This document shows positions 41,768-51,632 of a DNA stretch of 64,000 bases, piece by piece. The stretch's first letter is position 1. Each line of letters opens with the position of its first letter. A program made the translations under genes and the position numbers. Origin of the DNA: an uncultured Nitrospiraceae bacterium (GTDB lineage Bacteria > Nitrospirota > Thermodesulfovibrionia > Thermodesulfovibrionales > Dissulfurispiraceae); contig CAVPIW010000006.1 in assembly GCA_963705105.1 (NCBI GenBank), positions 960,001-1,024,000 on the forward strand. Direction: 5' to 3'. The notes beneath the pieces were generated by a model that searched no databases, was not told the DNA's origin, and worked only from the letters and a program-made list of their open reading frames with translations.

Positions 41768-42154
41768 TTATTAACCCGGCAATTAACCAGATGAACTGCA
41801 CTACGCTTTGTCATTTCCGGCTTGTCCGGAATCCTTCCCTATTTTCAGAAGGATTCCCGACGCGCGGAGCCTGTCCCGGCTTGACCGGGGCTTGCGGCAA
41901 TGACAGGATTACCGGTAATTAACTCTATAGTTGCACAGAAAGGCGGGGCGAAGCGCCTCAAAGCCTTGCTGAAGGCGACGATACGCCTCGTCAGGTTTGT
42001 CTTTCAGGACTCCACTCTTTGTGTGATCGGCCATTGGCTTGAACGGTTGTCTTCTGTGAGGGTTATGGTGTCGCCGCATCAAGGTTTTCGGCGCATACGC
42101 CCCGCCTTTCCCGGGAGTGTATTGCAACGATATGGTTAATTGCCGGGTTAATAA
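41768..42154. mobile_element. MITE family E (19-bp TIR, palindromic GTCATT..AATGAC core) interrupted by an A1 element
   Basis: Perfect inverted repeat TTATTAACCCGGCAATTAA/TTAATTGCCGGGTTAATAA; inverted homolog at 55977-56360. Confidence 0.82.
41923..42135 (-). mobile_element. MITE family A1, nested in family E
   Basis: TSD TTAA (41919-22 and 42136-39). Confidence 0.88.
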
Positions 42155-42229
42155 TCAAAATATAGCATCAGTTTTCTTCTACAGAACCGACACCTCTCTG
42201 TCACCGACACTGTCATCGCGGCACATCGC

Positions 42230-42931
42230 TCATGATTCTGCAAATTCACGAAAACGCGTCGCCAGTTCGGGTCCTTTGGCTTCCTCTTCGTGTTTGAAAA
42301 AAACGAAGACCTTCTCCCATTTCTGTGCGCCGATTCTTTCCAGCCACTGCTTCAGATCGGCATCGCTGTAATCGGAACGGCGCAGGCGCAGGTACCCCCA
42401 CGGCGCAGTCGGGATGATCTCGCCCGACGGATGCTCATCCGCATCGGCGATACACAGGCACGATCCCCTTTCACGAAGGAGGTTCAGAATCTCATCGTCG
42501 GTGCGGGATACACTGCGAAACTCGAATGCGCAGTCCCTGCCGGCGGGGATCAGGCCGAGAAAATCCTTCATCAGAGGCGGGCTCGCGCGAAAGCTCTTGG
42601 GAAACTGGAAGAGGACCGGCCCCAGCCTGGCGTCAAGAACGGAGAGAGTTCTGAAGAAATATGCCGCCTCATCATAGACATTGCGCAACTGCTTCAGATG
42701 CGTTATGACCCGGGGCGCCTTGAGCGCGAAAACAAAATCCCCGGGAACCTGCTCCGCCCACGAAATGAGCACCCGCTCCCCGGGCATGCGATAAAAGGTA
42801 GTGTTGATCTCTACAGTGTTGAACCGACCTGAATAGAAACGAAGCATGTCCCCCGGAGGGATCTTCTCCGGGTAGAAGGTCCCCTTCCATTCCCGGTATG
42901 CATACCCGCTTGTGCCGACGCGAATCTCCAT
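42230..42931 (-). CDS. DUF72 family protein
   Basis: VGTSG, FNTVEINTTFY, LGPVLFQFP, YLRL and FFKHE. Confidence 0.92.
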   Translation of the reverse strand: MEIRVGTSGYAYREWKGTFYPEKIPPGDMLRFYSGRFNTVEINTTFYRMPGERVLISWAEQVPGDFVFALKAPRVITHLKQLRNVYDEAAYFFRTLSVLDARLGPVLFQFPKSFRASPPLMKDFLGLIPAGRDCAFEFRSVSRTDDEILNLLRERGSCLCIADADEHPSGEIIPTAPWGYLRLRRSDYSDADLKQWLERIGAQKWEKVFVFFKHEEEAKGPELATRFREFAES

Positions 42932-42938
42932 AAATGAA

Positions 42939-43354
42939 CCTTATTGCTGCAATGCGCCCCCGGGAAAGGCGGGTGTCTGCGCCGAAAACCTTGATGCGGC
43001 GACACCTTAACCGTCACAGAAGGCTGTGTTTTACACCAATGATCGAAGAAATGAGCCTTTTTGCCGACACTCGCACTGTCACTGACACTCACACTTTATT
43101 AGAGTGCTCCGTCCCGCCTTTCCAGGCAACTACACCTTATCGTTGCAATACACGCCCGCGAAATGCGGGGCGTATGCGGCGAAAACCTTGCTGCGGCGAC
43201 ACCTGTATCAAAACGAAGGACAGCTTATACGCCTATGATCGATGACACAAAGAATGGATTCCGGAAACACAAACCTGACGAGGAGTATCGTCGCCTTCAG
43301 CAAGGATTTGAGGCGTTTCGCCCCGCATTTTCCATGCAACTACAGGGTACAGGG
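42939..43354 (+). mobile_element. MITE family A2, interrupted in its right TIR by an A1 element
   Basis: Starts CCTTATTGCTGCAAT; right end GGCAACTACA[insert]TACAGGG; flanks TGAA/TGAT. Confidence 0.78.
43135..43347 (+). mobile_element. MITE family A1, nested in A2
   Basis: TSD TACA (43131-34 and 43348-51). Confidence 0.88.
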
Positions 43355-43360
43355 TGATCG

Positions 43361-43633
43361 CTACCAGTAGAGCACTTTCATATGCTGGGCGTTTACCGTG
43401 CCCATCTTTCCGAGGTTCTTCCCTCTCCTGCCTTCTATTTTTCTGATCCAGTTCCTGATATCCTCGGCAAGCTCTGGTTCACACACCTCCGCGTACCGTT
43501 TCAGCGCCTCCAGTGCAGCAGGGTCTCTCTCGGGACTGAGGACGAAATAGGGTTCATCGTTTGCGAAGTTGACCGATTCCGCCGTTCTGCCCGTTTCGAG
43601 ATTGATCACCTTGTACCTGGGAGCGAGTTTCAT
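43361..43633 (-). CDS. Small hypothetical protein (90 aa)
   Basis: AGGAGG RBS, clean ORF, YFVLSPERDPAALEALKRYA motif. Confidence 0.75.
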   Translation of the reverse strand: MKLAPRYKVINLETGRTAESVNFANDEPYFVLSPERDPAALEALKRYAEVCEPELAEDIRNWIRKIEGRRGKNLGKMGTVNAQHMKVLYW

Positions 43634-43698
43634 CGTGACCTCCTGTGCATTTTACTGTCAGACGCCGCCGTGTCCTGACACATGCGGTCCCTGAATCA

Positions 43699-43855
43699 GA
43701 GTCTGTCCATAAAGTCACCTTCATCTGTCATTCCCGCAAGAGAAGCGCGTCGGGAATCCTTTTGAAAGAACGATTCCGGACCGATCCCCGGCTGTGCGAG
43801 GGCAAGAGCCGGAACGACAAACAAACCGCAACTTCGTGAGTTTATAAACGGACTC
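43699..43855. mobile_element. MITE-like element with a family-E-type palindromic core but different TIRs
   Basis: GAGTCTGTCCATAAA/TTTATAAACGGACTC inverted ends; core GTCATTCCCGC...GCGCGTCGGGAATCC...GATTCCGG...CCGGAACGAC. Confidence 0.7.
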
Positions 43856-43869
43856 AAATTATCAGGGTA

Positions 43870-43884
43870 GCGATAACCGTGCCA
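43870..43884 (-). promoter_or_regulatory. Sigma54 -24/-12 promoter
   Basis: Minus strand TGGCACGGTTATCGC (GG-N10-GC), just downstream of a sigma54 activator gene and pointing at the gene starting at 43633. Confidence 0.7.
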
Positions 43885-44080
43885 TTGTGAGGTCGATCGT
43901 ATCACGCCTTGCAAGACATTGGAAATCATCGATTGTTTGCAACAATGTCCCGTCGGTGCAAAATATACTCATGTCGCGTGAAACACATGCAGGGAACACA
44001 TCTGTATCATGGACGGTCCTGAACGAGGGGAACAGTGAGATGCCCGGGGCGAACCGAGGGGGCCCCGCGCTATCCCCGCG

Positions 44081-45799
44081 TTACGAACGCTTCGGGAATG
44101 TACTGTCGGTCTCGATGTCGTATTCTTTGATCTTCCGGTACAGCGTGCTGCGGCTCACTGCGAGCAGGCGGGCAGCGCGGGCTTTGTTCCAGCCGGTCTT
44201 CTCAAGGGCGCTGACAATCATCTCCGTGAGATTGTCCGGCGCCGCAGCGGCCACCTCCGGCGCGGCCCCGGTGAAACCCTTCAGCTCCTGGGGAAGATCC
44301 TCGAGGGTGAGAAGAGCACCGCGGCTCAGAAGGACCCCGTGTTCGATTGCATGCTCAAGCTCCCGCACATTGCCGGGCCACTCATAGGCGGAGAACAGCC
44401 CCATGACGTCGTCCGACACCCCGAGAACCTGCTTGTTCAGGCGTTCGTTCAGCTTCGCAATAAGATGATCGACCAGAAGCGGGATGTCCTCGCGCCGTTC
44501 CCGCAGCGGCGGAACCTTCAATTCCACCACCTTCAGCCGGTAATAGAGATCTTCCCGAAAGGCGCCTTCCCTGACCTTCCCGATGAGCTCACGGTTTGTT
44601 GCCGCCATCACCCGCACATCCACGGTGATGGGCGAGGTGCTCCCCACCCGTTCGAACTCACGTTCCTGGAGGACCCGAAGGAGCCTGATCTGCACCTGCT
44701 GCGAGATGTCCCCGATCTCATCGAGCAGGATCGAGCCGCCGTCGGCTATCTCGAATCTCCCGGCCTTGCTGCTGATGGCGCCGGTGAAGGCCCCTTTCAC
44801 ATGGCCGAAAAGCTCGCTCTCGAGGAGGTTCTCGTTCAGGGCCGAGCAGTTCACCTTCACGAAGGGCTTGTCTCTCCGGGACCCGCACAGGTGAATCGCC
44901 TCGGCGACCAGTTCCTTTCCCGTTCCGGTCTCGCCGGTGATGAGGACCGTCGTCGGCGTGTCGGCCAGGGCCTCGATGAGGGAGTAAATGCGCTGCATCG
45001 GCTGGCTCTGGCCGATGATGCCGTGAAAGCTTCTCCTTTTCCCGAGGTCGCGCTCCAGCGTGTCGAGCCTGGTTTCATCACGGACGACGACGATGCCGCC
45101 GTATACTTTCCCCGACCCGTCCCTGAGAGGAGAGACGGTCACCGCCACCGAACGTTCACTTCCGCCGGGGTGGAAGCAGGAGAGCCTCTTGACGGAGACG
45201 GGCTTCTCGGTGCGCATCGCGTCCCCGAGGGCATGCATACAGTTGCCTTTGCAGCGCGTGCGAAGGGAAGGGAACGCCTTCCCGACCACGTCGGGGCTGA
45301 AACCGCAGATGTCCCTGGCCGCATCATTGATGTCGATGACCGCCAGGTCCTTGTCAACCAGGATGATGCCCTCTGCGATGCTCCGGAACAGACCCTCCAG
45401 GTTCGCTCGGTACCGCTCCTTTTCTTCCACCAGCGCCTTGTGCATGAGGGCCTGTCGGGTCACCCGCAGGAGCGATTCCTGTCCCACCGGCTTGGAGATG
45501 TAGTCGAAAGCGCCGAAACGGACCGCTTCCGCCGCCGTTTCAAGGCTCGGATACCCGGTGATCAGCACGACAGGGCAGGAAGGATTTTTTTGCTTGATCT
45601 CCCGCAGCAGGTCGATGCCGCTCCGCTCTTCAAGGATGATGTCAAGGAACACCAGATCATACTGCCTCTCCTGGAATCGCGCCCATGCTTCTTCACAGTC
45701 TTTCGCCGTCCAGACACCATACCCCTCGTCTGACAGAAAGCTCTCGAAGGTCACCCTGATGCCCTTTTCGTCATCGATGACAAGAATGGGTTCCTTCAT
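44081..45799 (-). CDS. Sigma54-dependent enhancer-binding response regulator (REC-PAS-AAA-Fis HTH)
   Basis: GETGTGKE, GAFTGA, LLDEIGD, WPGNVREL and RSTLYRK. Confidence 0.95.
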   Translation of the reverse strand: MKEPILVIDDEKGIRVTFESFLSDEGYGVWTAKDCEEAWARFQERQYDLVFLDIILEERSGIDLLREIKQKNPSCPVVLITGYPSLETAAEAVRFGAFDYISKPVGQESLLRVTRQALMHKALVEEKERYRANLEGLFRSIAEGIILVDKDLAVIDINDAARDICGFSPDVVGKAFPSLRTRCKGNCMHALGDAMRTEKPVSVKRLSCFHPGGSERSVAVTVSPLRDGSGKVYGGIVVVRDETRLDTLERDLGKRRSFHGIIGQSQPMQRIYSLIEALADTPTTVLITGETGTGKELVAEAIHLCGSRRDKPFVKVNCSALNENLLESELFGHVKGAFTGAISSKAGRFEIADGGSILLDEIGDISQQVQIRLLRVLQEREFERVGSTSPITVDVRVMAATNRELIGKVREGAFREDLYYRLKVVELKVPPLRERREDIPLLVDHLIAKLNERLNKQVLGVSDDVMGLFSAYEWPGNVRELEHAIEHGVLLSRGALLTLEDLPQELKGFTGAAPEVAAAAPDNLTEMIVSALEKTGWNKARAARLLAVSRSTLYRKIKEYDIETDSTFPKRS

Positions 45800-48700
45800 G
45801 GAGCCTCCTCCGGCGCTTCAGCGGGGAGGTCGATCATCACCGTGGTGTATTCACCCTCAACGCTTTCGAGGGTCAGCCGTCCGCCATGATCGGCCACGAT
45901 ACCGTGACTGATGCTCAGTCCCAGCCCCGTTCCCTCGCTCGGGGGTTTGGTGGTAAAGAAGGGAGAAATCACCTTGTGTTGTATGTTCTTCGGGATGCCG
46001 CTACCGTGGTCGCACACCTCGATGCGGACGTGCGGCTTGCCTTCAACAGTGCAGCTTTCCCCCCTGATGTCCAGTGTCTTGTCCTGGTGCGGGCCGTGAT
46101 ATTTCTTGTTGAGCGCGTAACGGGCATTGCTGATAAGGTTCAGAAAGACCTGCTGGATCTGCTGCTGGTTCGCCCGTATCGGCGGGAGGTCCTGAGGCAT
46201 TATCACCCTGAGCTTGATGCCGTCCCGTCTCAGTTGAGCATTGGTGAGGACAAAGGTCGCTTCCAGGATATTTTGGAGGGCGACGGGATGTTTGACGTCA
46301 CTCCTGTCCCGCGCAAAGCCGAGCAGGCCTCTCACGATACCGGCAATCCTCCCGCCTTCGTTGACGATCTCTTCTGCGAATTCGTGCTCCCGCGAGGGCG
46401 GATCCGCCCTGTTCGCCAGAATCTGGGCGTAGTTGATGATGGAGTTGATGGGGTTGTTGATCTCATGGGCGACTCCGGCGGCAAGTTCCCCGAGGGAGGC
46501 GAGGCGCGCCGATCGGACGGCTTCCTCATGGAGTCTCAATTCCCGGGTGATGTCCCGGGCATCGAGGATGACGTTCTTCACCGTCCCCGACTCGTCTTTG
46601 ACGGGGATCGCCATCACATCCCAGATGGTGCTGCCTGGTATTTCCAGGCGGGCCGTTATTCGCTGTCCACTTTGAAAACAGATCGGCGCGGGACAGTCGT
46701 CGCGATTGACTCCCAGTCCCGCCCAAAAGCTTTCGCTGGTCTGTCCGACAAGGGCTTCGGGCGTGAGGTCAGCTCGTGCGGAAGCTGCCTTGTTCACCCA
46801 CAGGATCTTCAGGTCCGACGAAAGCAGAACGAGCATATCGGAAAGGGCATCGAGAAGGGCGTTGAGTTGCTGAGAGACCCTGCGATACCGCGCCTCGCTC
46901 TCCTCGATCATGGACCTGTTTCTCATGCGCTCCAAAAAGTCCCCGATCAATTCTGCGATCGTGCCGATGAGTGCGTCTTCTTCCTTCATGAAAGGACCGG
47001 CATCGATCGCAGGCCGCTCTGTGCAATAGACAACGGAGAGCGAACCCTGGACAGCGCCCTGGATGCGTATCGGTCTCTGCAGCTTCCACGGCGTGTCGCG
47101 GTAGTTGACCGTCTTGAACTCAAGACCGCTCAGGGTGACGCAGGCGCCGGTCGTCTCCGGGAACTGCCATCCCGAAGGAATCACGTTGACGACTTCATAG
47201 AGAGCAGACGCCATAGGCACTCCCTCCCCGCTCAGCAGGCGGTGCACCGTATTAAGACAGTTCAGCTCCTTGAGCCGCTCATTGAGATCATGGGTCTTCT
47301 TCTCAAGATCGCGGTAAGCCCGCCGAAGCTCTTCAGTCCGCTGCCTGATCCTGCATTCGAGCTCTTCGTTCGCCTCTTGCAATGCCTCCCGAGCCTTGCG
47401 CAGGTTCTCCTCGCTCTCGCGCAGGGCCACCTCCGCCTGCTTGCGCTCGGTGATGTCCTGGGTGATGCCGAAGCCACCTATCAGCGTGTCTTCCTCATCG
47501 AATTCAAGGTAGGCCTTCTCCCGCACCCATTTGACCTGTGCGTCCACCACGATGCGGTGTTCGATGTCGTAGGGCTCGCCGCGCAGGGCTGCATTCCACA
47601 TCATGTCCACGCACTGCCGGTCGTCGGGATGAATTGTCGCCAGGAACGATTCGTAGGTTAACGGTGTCCCCTTGGGCACGCCGAAGATACGATAATTCTC
47701 ATCGGACCATGTCAGGATGTTGCGGAGCACGTCCAGACGCCAACTGCCGATCTGCCCGACCGCCTGGGCGCGGTCCAGGTCTTCCCGGCTCTGGCGCAGG
47801 GCCTCCTCGGCCTGTCTGCGGGCGGTGACATCGAGTCCGTATATACGGACAAACCGCCCGTCCGGGAAATACTGCAGAGACTGCTGGAAGGTGCGTTCCC
47901 TCACGGTCACATCGCGCTGCGCGCTCCCGGTCAGTCCGTCCCGGAACGGCTGGGCCAAAGCCGTCCAATGCATGAACCACGGATGTGCCAATCCCTGTAT
48001 TTCCAGGTCCGGCAAAAGTCGACGCGTCGCTGGATTGGAGTACCTGATCGCGCCGTCCAGGCTCACCTCCATGACAGGATTCGGATTTCGTTCGGGGAAG
48101 GACGCAAGATACGCCAACCTCTCCTCCGCCTGCTTGAGGCGGCTGATATCAAGGTTGATGCCGGCCCAGCAGATGATCCGGCCCTGCTCGTCATGCACCG
48201 GTACGCCGCGTGCGAGGACCGGATGCCAGTCGCCGTCGACGCCGCGGAAACGATGTTCTATATCCCACGTCCCGCCCGTGCGGACGCACTCCTTCCAGGC
48301 TGCTATGGTCTGTTCGGCATCGTCCGGGTGCAGCACATCGCCCCAGCCGAAGTCTGAGCATTGTTGCTGCGTGATGCCCACCAGCCTGAGGAAGCTCTCG
48401 CTGGCGTATATGTTTCGACCGTCGGGGGCACAGATCCAGATGCCATAGTCGATCGATTCTCCAATGGCGCGGTAAAGCCCTTCGCTTCGCCGCAGGGCCT
48501 CCTCGCCGCGTTTCTGCTCTGTGATGTCGTAGTTGATCCCGTCGAAGCGGACAGGTGTTCCATCGGCGCCGTACGTCGCCTGGCCGGCTGAGCGGACCCA
48601 TCGAACTTCGCCGGTGACGGGATTGACGACGCGATGGTCGATCTCATACAACGAGCGCTCCCTGACCGCCTTCTCGACCGCCAGTCGTGTCGGCTCGCGA

Positions 48701-50943
48701 TCGTCGGGATGCAGCCTGCTCCAGAACAGATCGACGGTGGGCTCGGTCCCGGCCGGAACACAGAACAGCTGTTTTGTCTTTTCGTCCCAGTTGAGGCTGC
48801 CAAGCGGCATTTTGTTAAGCCATGTCCCGACACCCGTTATCCCCAGCACCCAGGCAAGGCGTTCACGGCTTTGGCGGAGTTCTTCCTCAACCCGCTTGCG
48901 CTCGGTGATGTCATGGGCCACATGAACGGAGCCGATCATCTGCCCCTTATCGTCGTACATCGGTGTCGTGCTGACCAGAAAATCGCCGCCGAGACGCTCC
49001 TCGCGCACTTCTTCTATATGTTCACGACCGTCCTGCAATGTTCGGCACTGAGGGCAGAAGGCAGGCGGCACGGATGTCCCGTGCACGACTTCATGGCACG
49101 GCAGCCCGATGCACTCCGCAGGGCTGCGCCCCAAACGACGTGCCATCGCAGCATTCACCCGCCGGACCCGATGGCGGTTGTCCATGATCGCGATCAGATC
49201 CGGCACGCTGTCAAAGGTTCTCTCCCATTCCTGTTTGGCCCGGACTATCCTTTCCCCGGCGGCGAACCTGGACAGGGAGATGGCCAGATAGTCAGCCAGA
49301 CTCTCCCACAGTGATAGGCCTTCAGGACTGAAACGCCCCTTTCTCCTGTCGTTCAACTGGAGCAGGCCCAGCCGCTCCTCTCCCGCACGGAGGCCGATCA
49401 GCGCAACCGACTCGTAGCCTTCCCCGTTGCACCTGTTTCTCGTGCGCGCCTGCCTGTCGGCGTCTGTGGTTGATGTCAGCAGCTCCGTCGTGCTGTTGGT
49501 CCAGAAGCTTCCCTTTTCCGTAAAGAAAGGCTTTGAAGGATCGAAACGCCCACAGATAACGTTGTCGCACATACATTCAAGGACCGGGTTGCCCGCGCCG
49601 TCGAGGATGAGCCGTCCCTCCCCGTCACGGGAGCAAAGACTATTTTCCAGAAGAACAAACTCCTTCGGGAACCCTCGCGTCTCGTAATACGGATAATCAT
49701 GCTCCCGCCTGAGTCTTATGCCCACTGCCTCGCACCCGGACTTCCGCTGAAAGAAGTCAGTCGCAGCGTGAATCAGGTCATCGGTCCCCTTGCTTTCATT
49801 GGCAAGGTGAAGAAATCCGGCTACCGTCTCACGCTCCTCCTCCGCCCGCCTGCGAACCGTGATATCCTGAAACACTGTGGCGAATTTCCCCTTGCCCGGC
49901 GAAAAGACAGATATGGCGAAATACCTTTTCATCGGGGGGAAGTACGCCTCGAAAGCGAATGACTCACCTGTGGAAGCAACCTTTGCGTATATATCGATAT
50001 ACGGGGCCTCCCCTGTGCCGTAAAGCTCGGAAGCCCTCTTGCCGACGGCAACATTTCGGACAAGGCCCGTAATTTTCTCGTACGCCGGATTCACATCTGC
50101 GACCACATAGTCAACGGCCCTTCCATCCTCATACACGATCTCGTGCATGGCAAGGCCTTCGCTCATTGACGCATACAGGCTCTTCAGCCGCTCCCCGTTC
50201 CTTCGCAGCTCATCTTCCACCTCCTTACGCCGGGCGATCTCACGCCGGAGCTCTTCACTTGTCTCCTCGGCGAGCCGCCTGGCCCTGATGGCGTCTTCCA
50301 AGGCTTCAAGAACGGCCGCGCGTGATTCACGCAGACCTGCCTCGGAGGCCTCAAGCCTGTCACGGGAGACCCTGAGCTCTTCGTTCGCCGCGGCAAGTTC
50401 TTCGTTCGCTTCCCGGAGCCTCTCCATCACCCTGAGGACCCTCAGGTCCGTCACAATCACGCAGGCCGCCTCCATGTCGTCTGTCCTGAGGAGGCTTGCC
50501 GATATGCTCACAGGGACTGCAGGGTTTTCATTCCCCTTTGCCTTCAGGAAGGTCTCAAGAGCGCGGCTCTCCGGACCGACTTCCGCGATGAGGGCTGAAA
50601 CGGAGTGACGCAGGTCTTCAGCCACGAAATCAAGGAATGACATCCCGAGCACCTCTTCGCGGGGTGCGCTCACAAGTTCGGCGAATCGGGGGTTGCAGAA
50701 GAGGATAAGCCCTTCGAACGTCATGGTGACCGCGCCTTCATTCATCGACTCGAAGAAGACCCGGTACGGATGGTCGGCGCCCTTCAAAGTATATATCCGG
50801 TCACCCGCGGGAGACGAGCAGACGAGCGCATCCACTTCTCCGCTCCTGATGGCGCGAAGGGCATCTTCCGCCTCCTCAAGCCGCGACCGGAGCTCCTGAA
50901 TCTCCGGAAGCAGATCCATCCTGGGCTTGCCTTTCCCCGTCAT
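45796..50943 (-). CDS. Multi-PAS/GAF sensor histidine kinase (1715 aa)
   Basis: Several PAS/PAC repeats (HPDD..., DITERK); GVAHEINNP, QVFLNL, PFFTTK and GTGLGL. Confidence 0.95.
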   Translation of the reverse strand: MTGKGKPRMDLLPEIQELRSRLEEAEDALRAIRSGEVDALVCSSPAGDRIYTLKGADHPYRVFFESMNEGAVTMTFEGLILFCNPRFAELVSAPREEVLGMSFLDFVAEDLRHSVSALIAEVGPESRALETFLKAKGNENPAVPVSISASLLRTDDMEAACVIVTDLRVLRVMERLREANEELAAANEELRVSRDRLEASEAGLRESRAAVLEALEDAIRARRLAEETSEELRREIARRKEVEDELRRNGERLKSLYASMSEGLAMHEIVYEDGRAVDYVVADVNPAYEKITGLVRNVAVGKRASELYGTGEAPYIDIYAKVASTGESFAFEAYFPPMKRYFAISVFSPGKGKFATVFQDITVRRRAEEERETVAGFLHLANESKGTDDLIHAATDFFQRKSGCEAVGIRLRREHDYPYYETRGFPKEFVLLENSLCSRDGEGRLILDGAGNPVLECMCDNVICGRFDPSKPFFTEKGSFWTNSTTELLTSTTDADRQARTRNRCNGEGYESVALIGLRAGEERLGLLQLNDRRKGRFSPEGLSLWESLADYLAISLSRFAAGERIVRAKQEWERTFDSVPDLIAIMDNRHRVRRVNAAMARRLGRSPAECIGLPCHEVVHGTSVPPAFCPQCRTLQDGREHIEEVREERLGGDFLVSTTPMYDDKGQMIGSVHVAHDITERKRVEEELRQSRERLAWVLGITGVGTWLNKMPLGSLNWDEKTKQLFCVPAGTEPTVDLFWSRLHPDDREPTRLAVEKAVRERSLYEIDHRVVNPVTGEVRWVRSAGQATYGADGTPVRFDGINYDITEQKRGEEALRRSEGLYRAIGESIDYGIWICAPDGRNIYASESFLRLVGITQQQCSDFGWGDVLHPDDAEQTIAAWKECVRTGGTWDIEHRFRGVDGDWHPVLARGVPVHDEQGRIICWAGINLDISRLKQAEERLAYLASFPERNPNPVMEVSLDGAIRYSNPATRRLLPDLEIQGLAHPWFMHWTALAQPFRDGLTGSAQRDVTVRERTFQQSLQYFPDGRFVRIYGLDVTARRQAEEALRQSREDLDRAQAVGQIGSWRLDVLRNILTWSDENYRIFGVPKGTPLTYESFLATIHPDDRQCVDMMWNAALRGEPYDIEHRIVVDAQVKWVREKAYLEFDEEDTLIGGFGITQDITERKQAEVALRESEENLRKAREALQEANEELECRIRQRTEELRRAYRDLEKKTHDLNERLKELNCLNTVHRLLSGEGVPMASALYEVVNVIPSGWQFPETTGACVTLSGLEFKTVNYRDTPWKLQRPIRIQGAVQGSLSVVYCTERPAIDAGPFMKEEDALIGTIAELIGDFLERMRNRSMIEESEARYRRVSQQLNALLDALSDMLVLLSSDLKILWVNKAASARADLTPEALVGQTSESFWAGLGVNRDDCPAPICFQSGQRITARLEIPGSTIWDVMAIPVKDESGTVKNVILDARDITRELRLHEEAVRSARLASLGELAAGVAHEINNPINSIINYAQILANRADPPSREHEFAEEIVNEGGRIAGIVRGLLGFARDRSDVKHPVALQNILEATFVLTNAQLRRDGIKLRVIMPQDLPPIRANQQQIQQVFLNLISNARYALNKKYHGPHQDKTLDIRGESCTVEGKPHVRIEVCDHGSGIPKNIQHKVISPFFTTKPPSEGTGLGLSISHGIVADHGGRLTLESVEGEYTTVMIDLPAEAPEEAP

Positions 50944-51278
50944 TTCTTCAACCTCAGATCGAACCCGAGGAGGATGCGCTCCGTGTCGGACATGTCGCCG
51001 ATGAACTTGCGGAGCGGAAGAGGCAGTTTCTTTATGAGGGTCGGCGCGGCGATGATCTGCTCACCTTTTGCGAGCACGGGGTTTTGGTATATATCGACGA
51101 TCTCCAGATCGAAACGGCCGTTCAGGTGTTCTTCGCATATCTTCCGGATGTTCATGATCGCTTTGGAAGACCGGGGGGTCATTCCGGTAATGTACAGCTT
51201 CAGCACATATGTCTGACCCGAGGCCTCTTTTGCCGCCTTCTCCAGTTCCTCTCCCTGGTGTCTTTTCCCTGCCGCCAT
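50940..51278 (-). CDS. kaiB: KaiB family protein
   Basis: YVLKLYITG and QIIAAPTLIKKLPLPLRKFIGDMS. Confidence 0.95.
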   Translation of the reverse strand: MAAGKRHQGEELEKAAKEASGQTYVLKLYITGMTPRSSKAIMNIRKICEEHLNGRFDLEIVDIYQNPVLAKGEQIIAAPTLIKKLPLPLRKFIGDMSDTERILLGFDLRLKK

Positions 51279-51281
51279 TTC

Positions 51282-51632
51282 TCATGCTCCCTGTTTGACG
51301 GGCACAAGGTTGAGCCCGACAAGAACGCGCTCTGTGTTCGACAGGTCTCCTATGATCTTTCTGACAGGGACGGGCAGCTTTCTCACCAGCGTCGGGAGAG
51401 CGACAATCTGGTCGCCTTTGGCGAGCTGCGGGTTCTCGATCAGGTCGATGATCTCGATCCTGTATTTGCCTTTGAGGTGCTCTTCACAGATCTTCTTCAG
51501 ATTCGAAAAGGCTGCGATAGACTTCGGCGTCTGTCCTGCCACGTAAAGGCGCAGCTCCCAAAGATCCTTCCGCCCCTGAGTCTTCCCGGCCTTCCGGTCG
51601 CCTGCCGTCGCTTCACTTCTCTGCGCTTTCAT
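51282..51632 (-). CDS. kaiB: KaiB family protein
   Basis: [12 protein letters not shown] and [21 protein letters not shown]. Confidence 0.95.
   Translation of the reverse strand: MKAQRSEATAGDRKAGKTQGRKDLWELRLYVAGQTPKSIAAFSNLKKICEEHLKGKYRIEIIDLIENPQLAKGDQIVALPTLVRKLPVPVRKIIGDLSNTERVLVGLNLVPVKQGA

Noticed and set aside
44339..47661. Long + strand ORFs (464 and 591 aa)
   Set aside because: Antisense shadows of GC-rich genes on the - strand; no recognisable motifs.
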